Positions 51,931 to 64,000 of a stretch of 64,000 nt of DNA are shown here, one piece after another. The notes beneath the pieces are model-generated. The model saw only the letters and a list, made by a program, of their open reading frames with translations. It did not search any database and was not told where the DNA came from. This DNA is from the human T2T-CHM13v2.0 reference genome, Homo sapiens. The position numbers and the translations under genes were made by a program. The stretch lies in NCBI RefSeq assembly GCF_009914755.1, contig NC_060928.1; one strand, 5' to 3'. How positions within the stretch are numbered: the stretch's first letter is position 1; each line of letters starts with the position of its first letter.

Positions 51931-53172
51931 AATATATTTCTAATTGAAAAAAATTAACTGCACCTTGATTTATGTTAAACTACTTATTGATTTACTTCCC
52001 CAGATCTCTCTTAAAATACTTCACAGATCATTCAAAATGAATGATAACATTAATGTCAATTCAACTGTAGCACATGATGATTTTCTTGAAAAGCAAATTA
52101 TTTCTATAGATACGAACTGTGTTATTAATCAAGTACTCTCATTGGAAGCTCTTTTAATAAGGTTTTTCACAACAACACAACAAATAAAAATTTGGCTTAC
52201 CATGTGGCACCTATGGTTCCATAGCTGTGTCCCTCAAATAGCCTTCCTATCTCTAGTCTTGTTCAATGGGAAGTGTGAGCCACCAGCATTAGTGAAACCC
52301 ATGTTTCAAGGCAGGTACCACAAGCTCTCATGCATTCCTTCAGAGCATCGTCATGTCACTCAGCGGGTTATCCAACAGGATGTTCTGTACCCCATTAAAG
52401 AAACAAATAAGGGAAACCTGACTCCATTAACAATCTTGATAAATACCAAAATAGGGTTTTGGTTTTCCACATGCCAACTGCTGATGTTATCTGAAGTTCA
52501 AACTTGTAATTGTATTATGAAGAACATAGATACAGACCCTTCTTGCCCAAGCTTTCTGTCTGAATAGCAGCTGGAAGAGCAACTATATTCTTTCATTGTC
52601 AGAGCTACAGAGCCCTGGGTAAAAATGCTTCAACAATTTTGTCCCAAATATCTTTGAACTGTCATGTTCATCTTGAGTTTGTTACGCCTGACGCTTGTAT
52701 ACACTTGACTATGTACACAGAGACTGATTTGCTTACACTTTGGAAACAGCAGTTAATAGTGAATGGAAGGTGGTTAAGTAAAAGTGGCCTTTATATTCAA
52801 CGTTATTAAGTAACTTCTTCAGTACTACAGGTAAAAATCAGAAATACATATATTTTAGGTTTTATATAAATTGTTAAAAAGGCACATGCTTAATCGTATG
52901 TATCAAAAACACATAGACTTATCTTCTGTTGTACTGATTTTTATTGATTCTGCATGAACTTGTGTTAGCGTCTGTTTGTGTTACTGTTTGCTCGTGTTCC
53001 ATTAGTCTACTCACAGGGAGAACAGTGAACAGAGTTGGGGTTTGTTCAGATATTAAAGGAAAAGATGGTGAGTAGGATGAATCAATGAAAACTCCATAGT
53101 TGTAACAATTTTGCCAGTCTTAATGTTTGAAAGGCTAATACAATCATTGCATTAATTTAAAACATGGGTTTA

Positions 53173-53477
<305 letters not shown>

Positions 53478-53959
53478 TTAATTTTTTCCTTTTTGTCTGA
53501 GTATAAACTAAGCAGTAATCTGCCACATAAAAAACTCACCTAGTCTGAGACTGACTTGGATATAAAACATGTCACATTGTGTGGTCACCAACTGGCTAAG
53601 TACAGGACTTAACTGAGTTGGAAAGCCACCAGAAGTGGGGATGGGGACACAGGGAGAGTAGGATAAGTATGGAAGCTTGTAATTTTCTGCTCTACTATTT
53701 TTTATATTTTCTTGGATATACAAGCTTGAGAGAAGTATTGGCAGGTTGAAACAATGGAAAATCCATGGTTACTGGATTTATCAGCTTGTCACATAATTCA
53801 AGGATAAGTAACCAGGAATTAAGAAAAAAGGTCCTCCAACAACAGCCGCTGGTCTCATTACCTTGTCACAGCCATACGTCATTAACAGAAAAACAAAAAC
53901 AAAACAATGATGACAATAAAAAACACGTTATGAGGGTATAAGAGTTGATATGACATCAA

Positions 53960-54310
53960 AGTGGCTGGTTGATGCCAGGAATACAGGGGAGGAGAAATGA
54001 ACAGGCGGAACACGGAGACTTTTAGGGCAGTAAAAGTATTCTGCATGATACTGTAATGATTGACACATCATTTATACCTTTGTCAAAATCCACAGAACTT
54101 ACACCCAAAAAAGAGGGAACCCTAATGTAAGCTATGGATTTTAGTTAACGATCACATGTCAGTATCGGCTCCTCAACTGTTACAAATGTACCATGCTAAT
54201 GCAAGATGTTAAAACTAGAGGAAACTCGTGAAAGAGGATGTTATATGAAAACTCTCTATACTTTCTGCTTTTTCTGTAACCTAAAATGGTTAAAAAATGT
54301 ATATTAAATT
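53960..54310 (+). mobile_element. L1MC 3' end fragment
   Basis: tttagggcagtaaaagtattctg...tttgtcaaaatccacagaac...aaccctaatgtaagctatgga. Confidence 0.7.
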
Positions 54311-56284
54311 TTAGAAAACAACTGGTAAATCTGGTCTAATATGATATTAACAAAAATTGTCCATGTGTTTGGTTGAATGTAACTTTAAACTTTAGGACAA
54401 TCTTTGATCTAATAGCCCCCAATTCTAGGCAAATCACTGCCATAATTTCGGTGCAGAGATGTATTGATGCAATCTCCTCAGCTGTATATATTTTGCTGTT
54501 ATTTCTCACAATCTATCAGCAAGCCATAGGAACGCTGTGCTTTCAATTATCGTATTTTAGAAGGTAGAAACAAGACTGTCCAAAGGCAGGCAAACTATAT
54601 ATAAAAGTTACCTTCCCTTTACAAAAACAGTAACGCTCACAGCCTGGAATCTCTTGCCTGAGTTCCACTGGTAAATCCATTCACATCAACAGGTGATCCT
54701 TTGAAGTGTGAGACAATGTTTAGATAATGAGCTTTATAGGAAAGGGGATGAACAGACATATGACTTACGATTTCAAAAATAACCGTATATGGACATAAAG
54801 ATTTTGAACTGGCAAAGAGGATAATTTCAGGGGAGACTAAAGATGCATGTTTTAAAATGCTGAAAAACAGTAGTTTCTGATGATCTAGTACGAGACTGTG
54901 GTCCAATTAACTGGAAGCTAAGCTATCTCTCCATTTCTGCTCTGATACAGTTTATTAAATTTATGTTATTAGGCTATTTTGCTTCATTGTCTTTTGGTAA
55001 AGCAATAATGTATAACCTTCAAATTAAAAAGGAAAGAGTGAAGCATTATGGCTAAAAGTACAACTTATGGATATTTAAGCATCTAGGCATTTGGACTGAG
55101 GATCTGTTAAATATTAATAGACCAAAAACACGGAGACCTCAAGTTCCAAATCAAATGTTTCCTTGGCTATAAATCTACTTACTCTATTCCTTGGAAATAA
55201 GACATGTTCTCATAAGAATAAAATCTTCTTAAATAAACCCTAGTAAGTGTAACTTCTTGCAAGCAAATAAGTTTTACTGAGTAAACAATGTCAACATTTT
55301 AATAAAAGAAATAAAAGACAGCAAATAAATAAATATGCAAATTAGCCTTCAGGCTAGATTTATCCATTTTTTTCCTCATCTTTTTTCATCCCTTTTCTCT
55401 TTTTCACCACGAGGCGACTGTCTTCCAAATTGAAATAATACCTATCTTCTATATTTATTATCCATTAAAAATAATTCAAGATTTCTTGGCTATGCTGAAC
55501 ATTGTCTTGTCAATCATTCCTCTACCCAGAAACAACCTCTGCTCCCCTAATACCTCTACAGAATAGGTGAAATTCCCTAGGCTGCTGCTCAAAGCTTTAG
55601 AATCACAGTATTGTGTTTTCATTTAATATCCAATTGCTTTCACAGCTTAAGACTGAAATCAACCTGGTTTATTAACTGTGCACAGAACGTGTTATTTTAT
55701 TACATCTTTAGGGACATTGTCCATGCTAACCAAATAACTAATAAATTTAGCACTATTAAGTTCAAGGTCCTTGTCTATTTGACATCACTCTCTCCTCTTT
55801 GATTGTACTCTCTTGCTAATCTGTAGTGTATATTGACTTCCCTATAGTACATCGTCACAGAATAAAAAAAACATAAAAACTTGTGTTTATTTAATGGAAT
55901 GCTATATAGTTATTAAATGAATACACCAGGTGTACAGATAGCAATATGACTATATCTGTAAAACATAATGTCAAGAGAAAAAAAGTAATGCCAACATTTT
56001 AACTTAAAATACAAAACACTCAAAGCTGCACTGTATAATATCTTCTGGTATGTTAATAAATCCAGATGCCATAAAAATACAGAAGAGTGAGAATAATACA
56101 ATTTTTGAGTGGTGGTTACTTCTGGGAATGAAGAGTGAAGAATGATGACTGGGGATTTGGGTTGTATCTTTAGTAAATACAAAAAAATAGTTGTTACATT
56201 TCAAATTGGGGTAGAAGGGAACTTTTTTGTTTTGTTTTTGTTTTGTCCTTGATGTTTGATATTTTTTAATTTATAGAAGTTAAA

Positions 56285-56812
56285 AATAAAGAAAATCTGT
56301 TATATATACACAACGGAGTACTATTTAGCCATAAAAAGAATGCAATCCTGTCATTTGCATCAACATGGAGGGAACTGGAGGCTATTATGTTAAGTGAAAT
56401 AAGCTGGGCACAGAAAGACACATATCTCATGTTCTCACTCATTTATGAGAGCCAAAAAGTGAATCTCACGGAAGTAGAGAGTAGAATGATGGTTACTAGA
56501 GTCTGGGAAGTGTGGGTCAGTTGTGGGGGGAATGAAGAGAGGTTGGTAATGCATTCCAAAGTACAGTTATATAGAAGAAACAAGTTCTAGTATTCCACAG
56601 CACAGTAGGGTAACAATAGTTAATAATATTTTATTATATATTTCAAAATAGCTAGAAGATTTAAAATGTTTACAACACAAAGAAATGATAAATGTTTGAG
56701 GTGATGGATATCCAAAATATCCTGAGCTGACCATTACGCATTATATGTATGTATCAAAATATCACATATACCCCATAAATATGTACAATTATGTATCAAC
56801 TAAAAAACAATA
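56285..56812 (+). mobile_element. L1MA 3' end fragment
   Basis: gtactatttagccataaaaagaatg...acacaaagaaatgataaatgtttgaggtgatggatat...ccccataaatatgtacaattatgtatcaa. Confidence 0.85.
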
Positions 56813-59386
56813 AAAATGCAGTCATAGCCACACCTCAAAAGAAATGGATTATATCCAAACAAATTTAGTTTGAATCTCTGCTTTGCTACTTTTCTAGTTG
56901 TGTGACATTGGGGAAATTTACTTACCCTTTCTGATTCAGTTTCTCATGTGTAAATGTGAATTTCTTTCACTGTCTTGCTTTCTCTCCCCCTTTCTCAAAA
57001 CACATTCTCCCTCTCTGTGCCCAGAGTATGGTAAGTTATTAGTAAATAAACATCTCTATTTCATGCTGTTCAGCTAACAGAGTAAGTCCCAGTTATTCTT
57101 GAACCTTTCTAATATTTGGCACCTCTTACCACTTCCTCCTTCCTTGAACTCATGTCTCCACTGGCTTTTGTGGTCTCTCTCTCTGTTGTTATTCCGATTG
57201 TTCTGATTGCTTCTTCTCAGTCTCCCGTACAGATTACTGTTTCTCCAGATTATTGTGTCTGCTCTACAGATAACTGTTTCTTAAATATTGATTTCCCCAC
57301 AGTTTCATCTGTGGCTCATCTTGTCTTCTTACTTGCTATATTTCTTTTGGTTGAGGTCATCTCTTCCAATTACTCTACCACTCTGATGTCTTACAAATAT
57401 TACAAGCACTCAAGCTAACATGTGTTAAAAACTCAGTTCTCCTTTTCAGGTAAGTTCCTACTATGAACAGGTGCTCCTTGTCTTTTGAATGTCATCCATA
57501 CAGTTTCATCCTCAACTTCTCCCACTTTACCATCCCCCATATGCGGTTCCCAAGTCATATGCTTTCTTGTATTTCAAACGTCTTTTCCACCTCTTTTCTT
57601 TCTATCCCCATATCCACTGCTGTGGCCACCATCTTTATTATTTTTCACTCAGATTATTTCAAATGATTACTCCCGAATTTTTCCACCTCCCGTTTTGCTT
57701 CCTCTAATCCACACACTCCCTTGCCACCAAGCTGTTCTTTCTATAATACAAAACTGCAGATACCACATCTCTGCATATATACTTTTAGTAGTTCTCAAGA
57801 GACTTTAAGAAACAGCCCATCCTTGGCTGGGCATATGTGATTCTGTTGACCTCTCCAGACTCATGTATCCCCTCTCTACTGTAGCCATGTCTCCAAGATG
57901 CTTCCTCACCACACTGATTTCACTGATTTCAGTCATATGTTTACATGTCTGGTTCAAGAATGGAATTTCTTCTGGAGTAACAATTCTATGTATCTTTCTA
58001 TCTCTGTGGTCTAACACCTTATTAGTATCTAGCAGAAACACAAATGCTATTTGTTGAATGAGTGAATGAAGTACAGCATAGTGTTTTAGACACTTACTAT
58101 ACTAGAAATATTGTTTGTTTGTACTCTAGTACATGAGTTATTTTAGCTAAAGAATTATATTATTCATTTAAAAATACCCCACATTTCCTAATACAGTATT
58201 ATAGAGATAGAAGACCTGACATAAATGTCTCATGAATGAATAAACAAACACTACTACCAAGGAGGAAAATCTAGGGGATCGCTACTTAATCACAAATGAC
58301 TCCCTCCATGAAAAGAAAGTCTCTACTAAAGGGCCCATGGAAATACATGGAGTTAAATTTGAAGAAAATATGAGAGGAAATAATTGGAAAAAATAATCTG
58401 TGAGAACACCAATATGAAAATTGGTATCTAACTCTGTCTGCTAAAGAGAATTGCTACTTCCTCTGGCTTTTATGAAACTTTCTGATATTGAGACTTGAAA
58501 GTTTTTCTGTAAATACTAGAAATGTTAGAAGATATTGGGGGGAACACATGGGTTTCAGAAATAAAATGATTTTAATTTTTATATTTTCCTGGCAGTTTTT
58601 TTGGCTCTTTAGCATTTTACACATTAACATTTCTAAGACTCAATTTCCAAATCTGTAGGATGTTAGTAAAAATAGTAGCGATCATTTATTGAATGCTTAA
58701 TATGTTTTAGGCACTGTGCTAATATTTAACATGGATTGCTGGTTATAAAGATCACAACATCCTTGAGTTAGGAGTTATTATTATTATACTATGCTATTCT
58801 ACAATATCAGATTAACATGGCTATGGTATGTCAAATATGGTATAATGCTATTGAACAGATTGATTTCAGTGAAGATTAGCTTATAAATATTCTGTATGAT
58901 GTTATATGTAACATTCTTACTTATGTGCTCTTTTGTAGATTAAAAAAAATGTGTCACAAGAAAGTTTACAGAACCTACTCAAACTCAAAGAGAAATCAGA
59001 GACTAAATTCTCAAAACTGGAAGCTCCCTACAGCATCCACACTCTTCAGCCTTGTACTATGTGATGTGTATTACGAATGGAGCCACCGGCAGTATTTGTA
59101 TGAACATGAGACAATGTGTGGCAGATGCTTGGTGCTTTGTAATATTTAGTAAAATAAAACAATAATAATGTAACTATAATATGTGTTGTTCTTACTTGAC
59201 TATAAGTGCTCTAAGTTCAGAGCCAGCCAAGCGCATCTTTGTTTTCTCTAATAGGATCTAGAAGCATTCTTTATCTTAGTGACTCAACGTATAGTTTTTG
59301 GATGACTGTGGGAAATCTCCCTCCCTAATCAATTAAAGATTTGACTTAAAATGTTATTGTAAAGGTTTTAAAAAATCTACTATTTT

Positions 59387-59665
59387 GGCTGGGCGTGGTG
59401 GCTCATGCCTGCAATCCCAGCACTTTGGGAGGCCGAGGCGGGTAGATCACAAGGTCAGGAGTTCAAGACCAGCCTGGCCAGAATGGTGAAACCCCATCTC
59501 TACTAAAAATACAAAAATTAACCAGGCATGGTGGCGGGCAACTGTAATCACAGCTACTCGGGAGGATGAGGCAGAGAATTGCTTGAACCCAGGAGGAGGA
59601 GGTTGCAGTGAGCTGAGATCACGTCATTGTACTCCAGCCTGGGTGATAGAGTGAGAATCTGTCTC

Positions 59666-59690
<25 letters not shown>
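59387..59690 (+). mobile_element. AluSg-like
   Basis: gatcacaaggtcaggagttc; long A-tail; TSD aaatctactattt. Confidence 0.92.
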
Positions 59691-59696
<6 letters not shown>

Positions 59697-59769
59697 TCTA
59701 CTATTTGAAACCTAAGCTACTTAAAAAATTGTACTTAATAAAGGAATTCTTTTCTAGGCTTTTCAAAAA

Positions 59770-60390
59770 TCAATTTTATTGGGGAATAATTTGCATACAA
59801 TAACATGCTCCTATTTTGAATTTATCATCTTTTTGTAAGTTTATGTATCCACATTAACTACTGTCACAATCAAAATAAAGAATGTTTCTAACACCTCACA
59901 ATGTCTCTCTTGCCCATTGTCAGTCAATCCTGATCCAAATCCTCAAACAAACACTGAATTGCGTTCTCTCACTCTAGAGTACATTTGCGTCTTTTAAGGG
60001 CCTCATGTAAATCAAATCATAGAGAATGTACTCTTTTTAGCCAAGCTTATTTCACTCAACTTAATGTCTCTGAGATCCTTTTATGTTCTTGTGTGTATCA
60101 GTAGTTCATTCTTTTTACATTGCTCAGCAATGTTCCACTGTATGCATATACTAAGATGTGTTAATCCACTCATCTTTCATGGGCATTTGAGTTGTTTCCA
60201 GTTATTGACTAATAAAGAACATTTGTACACAAGTTATTGTGTGGAAATATGTACATGTTAAATTCATAAGAAACTGTCAACTGTTTTGAAAAATGATTGA
60301 ACAATTTTAATGCCCATTGGTGACATAGGAGTTTTGGTTGCACCACATTCTAACACTTGTTTTTGTCAGTGTTTTTAATTTTAGCCACCG
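59770..60390 (-). mobile_element. Old L1M fragment
   Basis: tgggcatttgagttgtttccagtt and aagaaactgtcaactgtttt. Confidence 0.65.
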
Positions 60391-61874
60391 TGGTGGTGAT
60401 TGTTCCTCTTAAATCTTAACAAATGTTAGAATTTTATAACATAGTCACATGTCCATCATATATATATTATCACTAGTGTAGCTTTTATTGAATTGCGGGC
60501 CATAATTCATAAAGGGTTGAGACCAATATTTTCACAAAGAAAAACAGAATAGAAAAATTATTTGGGTATATCACACGTAATAATAAGGCAAATATTCATA
60601 AAGGGAGTAAAATCATCTCTAAGGGGGTAAAAATTGGGTATGAGGCCTGGATGGGGCTAAAATCTTAATATCTCAATGATTTTTGGCTCTCCAAAACCCA
60701 AGAAAATAATATTCCTTAATACTTAAATTCTATTTGGTTTTATTGGCCATTACATGAACAGCATTGGCAACGGAACACACCCCAAGTGTTTGCAATATAT
60801 GAGCTATGAAATTATGGTGACTAGATGGCTATGACTGGAGGATTTTCTCTTAATTGACTGAGTGATTTCAAACCTATACTGAGTGGTACCTATGTGGGCC
60901 TATTGGCTGCCATTGGTTGCCCTGTGGATATTGCTTATGCTTGGTCCTTGGTGTTTTCATGTGTGACTTGAGCTTTGAGAATTAAATAATAATAATTTAT
61001 ATTTTATTATTAATTCTACAAATGTTAGTCATACCATTACATGTCAAATGATGAAAAGAAAAAGTTGACAATATCTAAATTAATATTTATCATCTATATA
61101 AGTTAAAAGTTTTCTCATACTGAGCAAAGTTAATAGTTAAGCTCTCCAAATATTTTTAAAGAAGTTATTTTAAAAATTATTTTACTTTTGCTGGAAAAAT
61201 AGTGATTTTGAATGTTTTTATAAATTATTATATTTGTATTATATATTCATATCAATTGTTACTTTGCATATGTAATTTGATATATTACAATTTATATAAG
61301 TAAACAGATTACCTTAAAAGTTTCCTGGCAAATACAATTATAAATTTATGTTAGCTGTTAAGAGATTAAAAATTTTTAATTTAAATGTTAACTTAAACAT
61401 TTTATTTGTTATTTAACACTACATTGAACAAAAAAGTAAACTTTACACTTCCTTTTTATGTATAAAGCACAGAGATACATATAGTATAAAGACAGAGTAT
61501 ATTTGTTACATTAAAATTTTATGGGGAAAGTGATTAGGGAAAAAATGTTTATAAAAGGATCCTTGGGGTTGTGATAATGAGAAAGCTTGAGCAGCACCAT
61601 AATTAAGGACAATATTTTTAAATGGTAATTTGTTTTAGTTTTATGCTTATACATAATTAATTACATGTGAAGTTATCTAGCTAATTTAAAATTCTCTAAT
61701 ATCGACATATATATATACACAGAGACACACTATGTGTGTGTATACCACACATCCTGGTTTGGAATATAAAATGTTTTTCTTACTGTAGATAGTGGTTTTA
61801 AAAATACTGAAAAACACATGGGTGAGGAAATGAATCAGACTTAGATATTAATGGTAATAATAAATTTGCCCTTT

Positions 61875-62085
61875 AATGACTACCTTCTGGATACCAGACA
61901 CTCTGCTAAGCATTGCATAAGCATTCAGTACTTCATTCAATCCTCTTTACATCTTTACAGTTTATATATAAGTAAACTGAGTTTCAGAGACATAAAACAC
62001 CTACCTGATCACAGAGAATGAATTAGTGGCAAATCTGAATTCAGAATCAGGTATGGCTTACTCTAAGACTCAGGCTCTTTTTGCT
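61875..62085. repeat. MIR
   Basis: ccagacactctgctaagc...tcattcaatcctc...aaactgagtttcagaga. Confidence 0.55.
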
Positions 62086-64000
62086 GTAGCTTCCTGTCTC
62101 TTCTTGACCTCAAACAGTGTATAGGATAGTAGTTATATGAATAAGTAATGATGAAAACATGGCAAATGCTATAAAATACATCCAGGAAATGAGTCATTTT
62201 ATTTAACAAGCATTTATGTACATTATTTAGCCAACAGCTTTGGAGTGTGATTTCCACCTTTATCTGTAAAATAAGGCAAATGCTGCTGCTGACCTTCTAG
62301 ATGATTTTGTTAAGGGTTAAATCAGACAATGCAGGTAAAGGGGCTGAGAGCACAGGAATGGCTCAAGTATTTTTGAGTGTTGTTAGCTGAATGTTGCAGA
62401 CAATATAAACTTACTGGAAACACTCTCATAATCCAGTTCCACATGCAACATTTGCAGACCCTGATAAAGCCATGTGAGGATGAAGTTAATCCAGTGAGTG
62501 CTATGGGTATTCAAGAAGCAAAGTTGGCCGTGGTATTCGGACAAGACAAATGCAGGAGAAAGACCTTTACCTGAACTCTGAGAAATGGAGAGGGCTTTGG
62601 AAAGGCAGAACACAAGCCAGGGCCAGAATAGAAACAAGATACAGAGCAGGAAATGAGCTTGGCGTTCTGGGAATCGGACTTGGTGAAACACAGACTGGGT
62701 GAATAATGGAAGACAAAACAAGAAAGGAAGGCTGACACCAGAATAGGGTGGTGAGAAATTTGTGCTCAGTTCTTTGAGCAACTGAAAGTCACTGTTTCTG
62801 GTGAGATGAATGAAACGATGCCTTTTAAAGCTTACTTCATAAAACAGTGACATTATACAACAGGAGAAAGACTTGATGCTTGAAAACTAGTATTAATATC
62901 ACTGCATTAGATCAGAGACATGCATAATGAAGTGGATGATAATGGCAGTGATGGAAATGAAATATAAGTTTAGCTTGGAACACATATCTCCCCCTCCTCC
63001 AAAATAATCAATTGTGTTTAGATGGGATAGAAGAAGAAGAAGAAGTAATGACAACTCTGTGATTTCAAGGCCTCAAAGAAAATGAGAAAACACTGCCATG
63101 AATAATGTAGAAATAAAGGATTTAACAAGTCTTTCTCTTTGTACTTACAGCTAATATAATTACAAGCAAAGCAATAGAAGATAGATTTAGATAAAATATT
63201 ATAAGTCAAAAATATGGTTAGATCTTCAAATGTCATTTTGGAAGCCATGAGTATGGAGATAATGGCTAAAGCTCTCAGAATGGAGGAGTCACTGAGGGCT
63301 TCTGCTCAGGGCTGAGGAAGGTGAACAGAACTCTCTAGCCTGCGGGGATGAAATTGCACATACGGCATCCTCTTGAGTTCAGATGGTAGTGGTCTCTTGC
63401 TTGTATTAGCATACATTTATTCACAAATGTCTGTAAGATCTTTGCTTTCTCACATAAAAGGGGACAGATCTCTGTCACTCAAATTAGGCTATCTTCCAGG
63501 TTTTCCTAAACTGTCCCTGGACAAACAAGGGGTCCCCCTATCTGCCACACTAAGCAGAGTAGTACAACGTGATTCAGTGGGGAAGACCATGGTTTGCATA
63601 TTACATTTATTGTTGAGTCTTTTAAAAATGTAAGGTTTTCTTTTTTGTAATATATATGTATTTTGATCAATTTATTTATACATTTGTTACAAATGCTAGA
63701 GTTATGTAAGTTTCATCCATATGCACCGGATATCCTAAGGAACAAAGGGTTGCATCCCTACTTTGGGGCAGAAAACTCTCAGATCTTAGGCAGTAATGCA
63801 TATTAATTCATTATCAGCTATTCACAGGGTCAGAACATGATCATACAGGAGAACGTGATAAGTTCTCCTATATGATCACATGAGGTATATGCTGCCATTT
63901 GCCCCTCCAAAAAAATAGGATGGAAAGGAAACCTGAATAACAAATAATGGTTTGAATGTCAATTTGAAATGATATTAACAGAAATTTTTTTCAAGTAATT

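Noticed and set aside
51944-52567. 207-aa plus-strand ORF
   Set aside because: It starts at TTG, has no recognisable domain and AT-biased composition, and is antisense to the VEGFC intron. Most likely chance.
60500-61820. Possible nested hAT/Charlie DNA transposon remnants in an AT-rich tract
   Set aside because: The termini are too degraded for me to define inverted repeats or a family by eye; it needs RepeatMasker.

Overview
Human-type (AT-rich, Alu/L1-rich) genomic DNA holding the 3' end of VEGFC on the minus strand: coding exons 5, 6 and 7, the 3'UTR and the poly(A) signal. Positions ~40969-64000 are intron 4 (exon 4 is not in the window) and ~1-36570 are downstream flank. Intron 4 carries a full-length but coding-dead L1PA2-type LINE-1, antisense to VEGFC, whose 5'UTR/ORF0 is split by a young AluYa5. 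The rest is Alus, MaLR/ERV1 LTRs, old L1M fragments and MIRs. I see no evidence of a new gene family or a prokaryote-style system. The best leads are: (i) a tail-to-tail Alu pair with swapped target-site duplications, the signature of an Alu-Alu inversion; (ii) VEGFC exons 5+6 forming a 441-nt phase-symmetric, stop-free unit between inverted Alus (possible circRNA with an endless ORF, and in-frame skipping); (iii) an L1 antisense promoter/ORF0 donor pointing at VEGFC exons 5-7; (iv) a candidate cryptic exon in intron 4; (v) a triple octamer cluster beside a solo LTR facing the VEGFC 3' end. Exon numbers and repeat subfamily names come from recalled sequences. Boundaries of old repeats are approximate.
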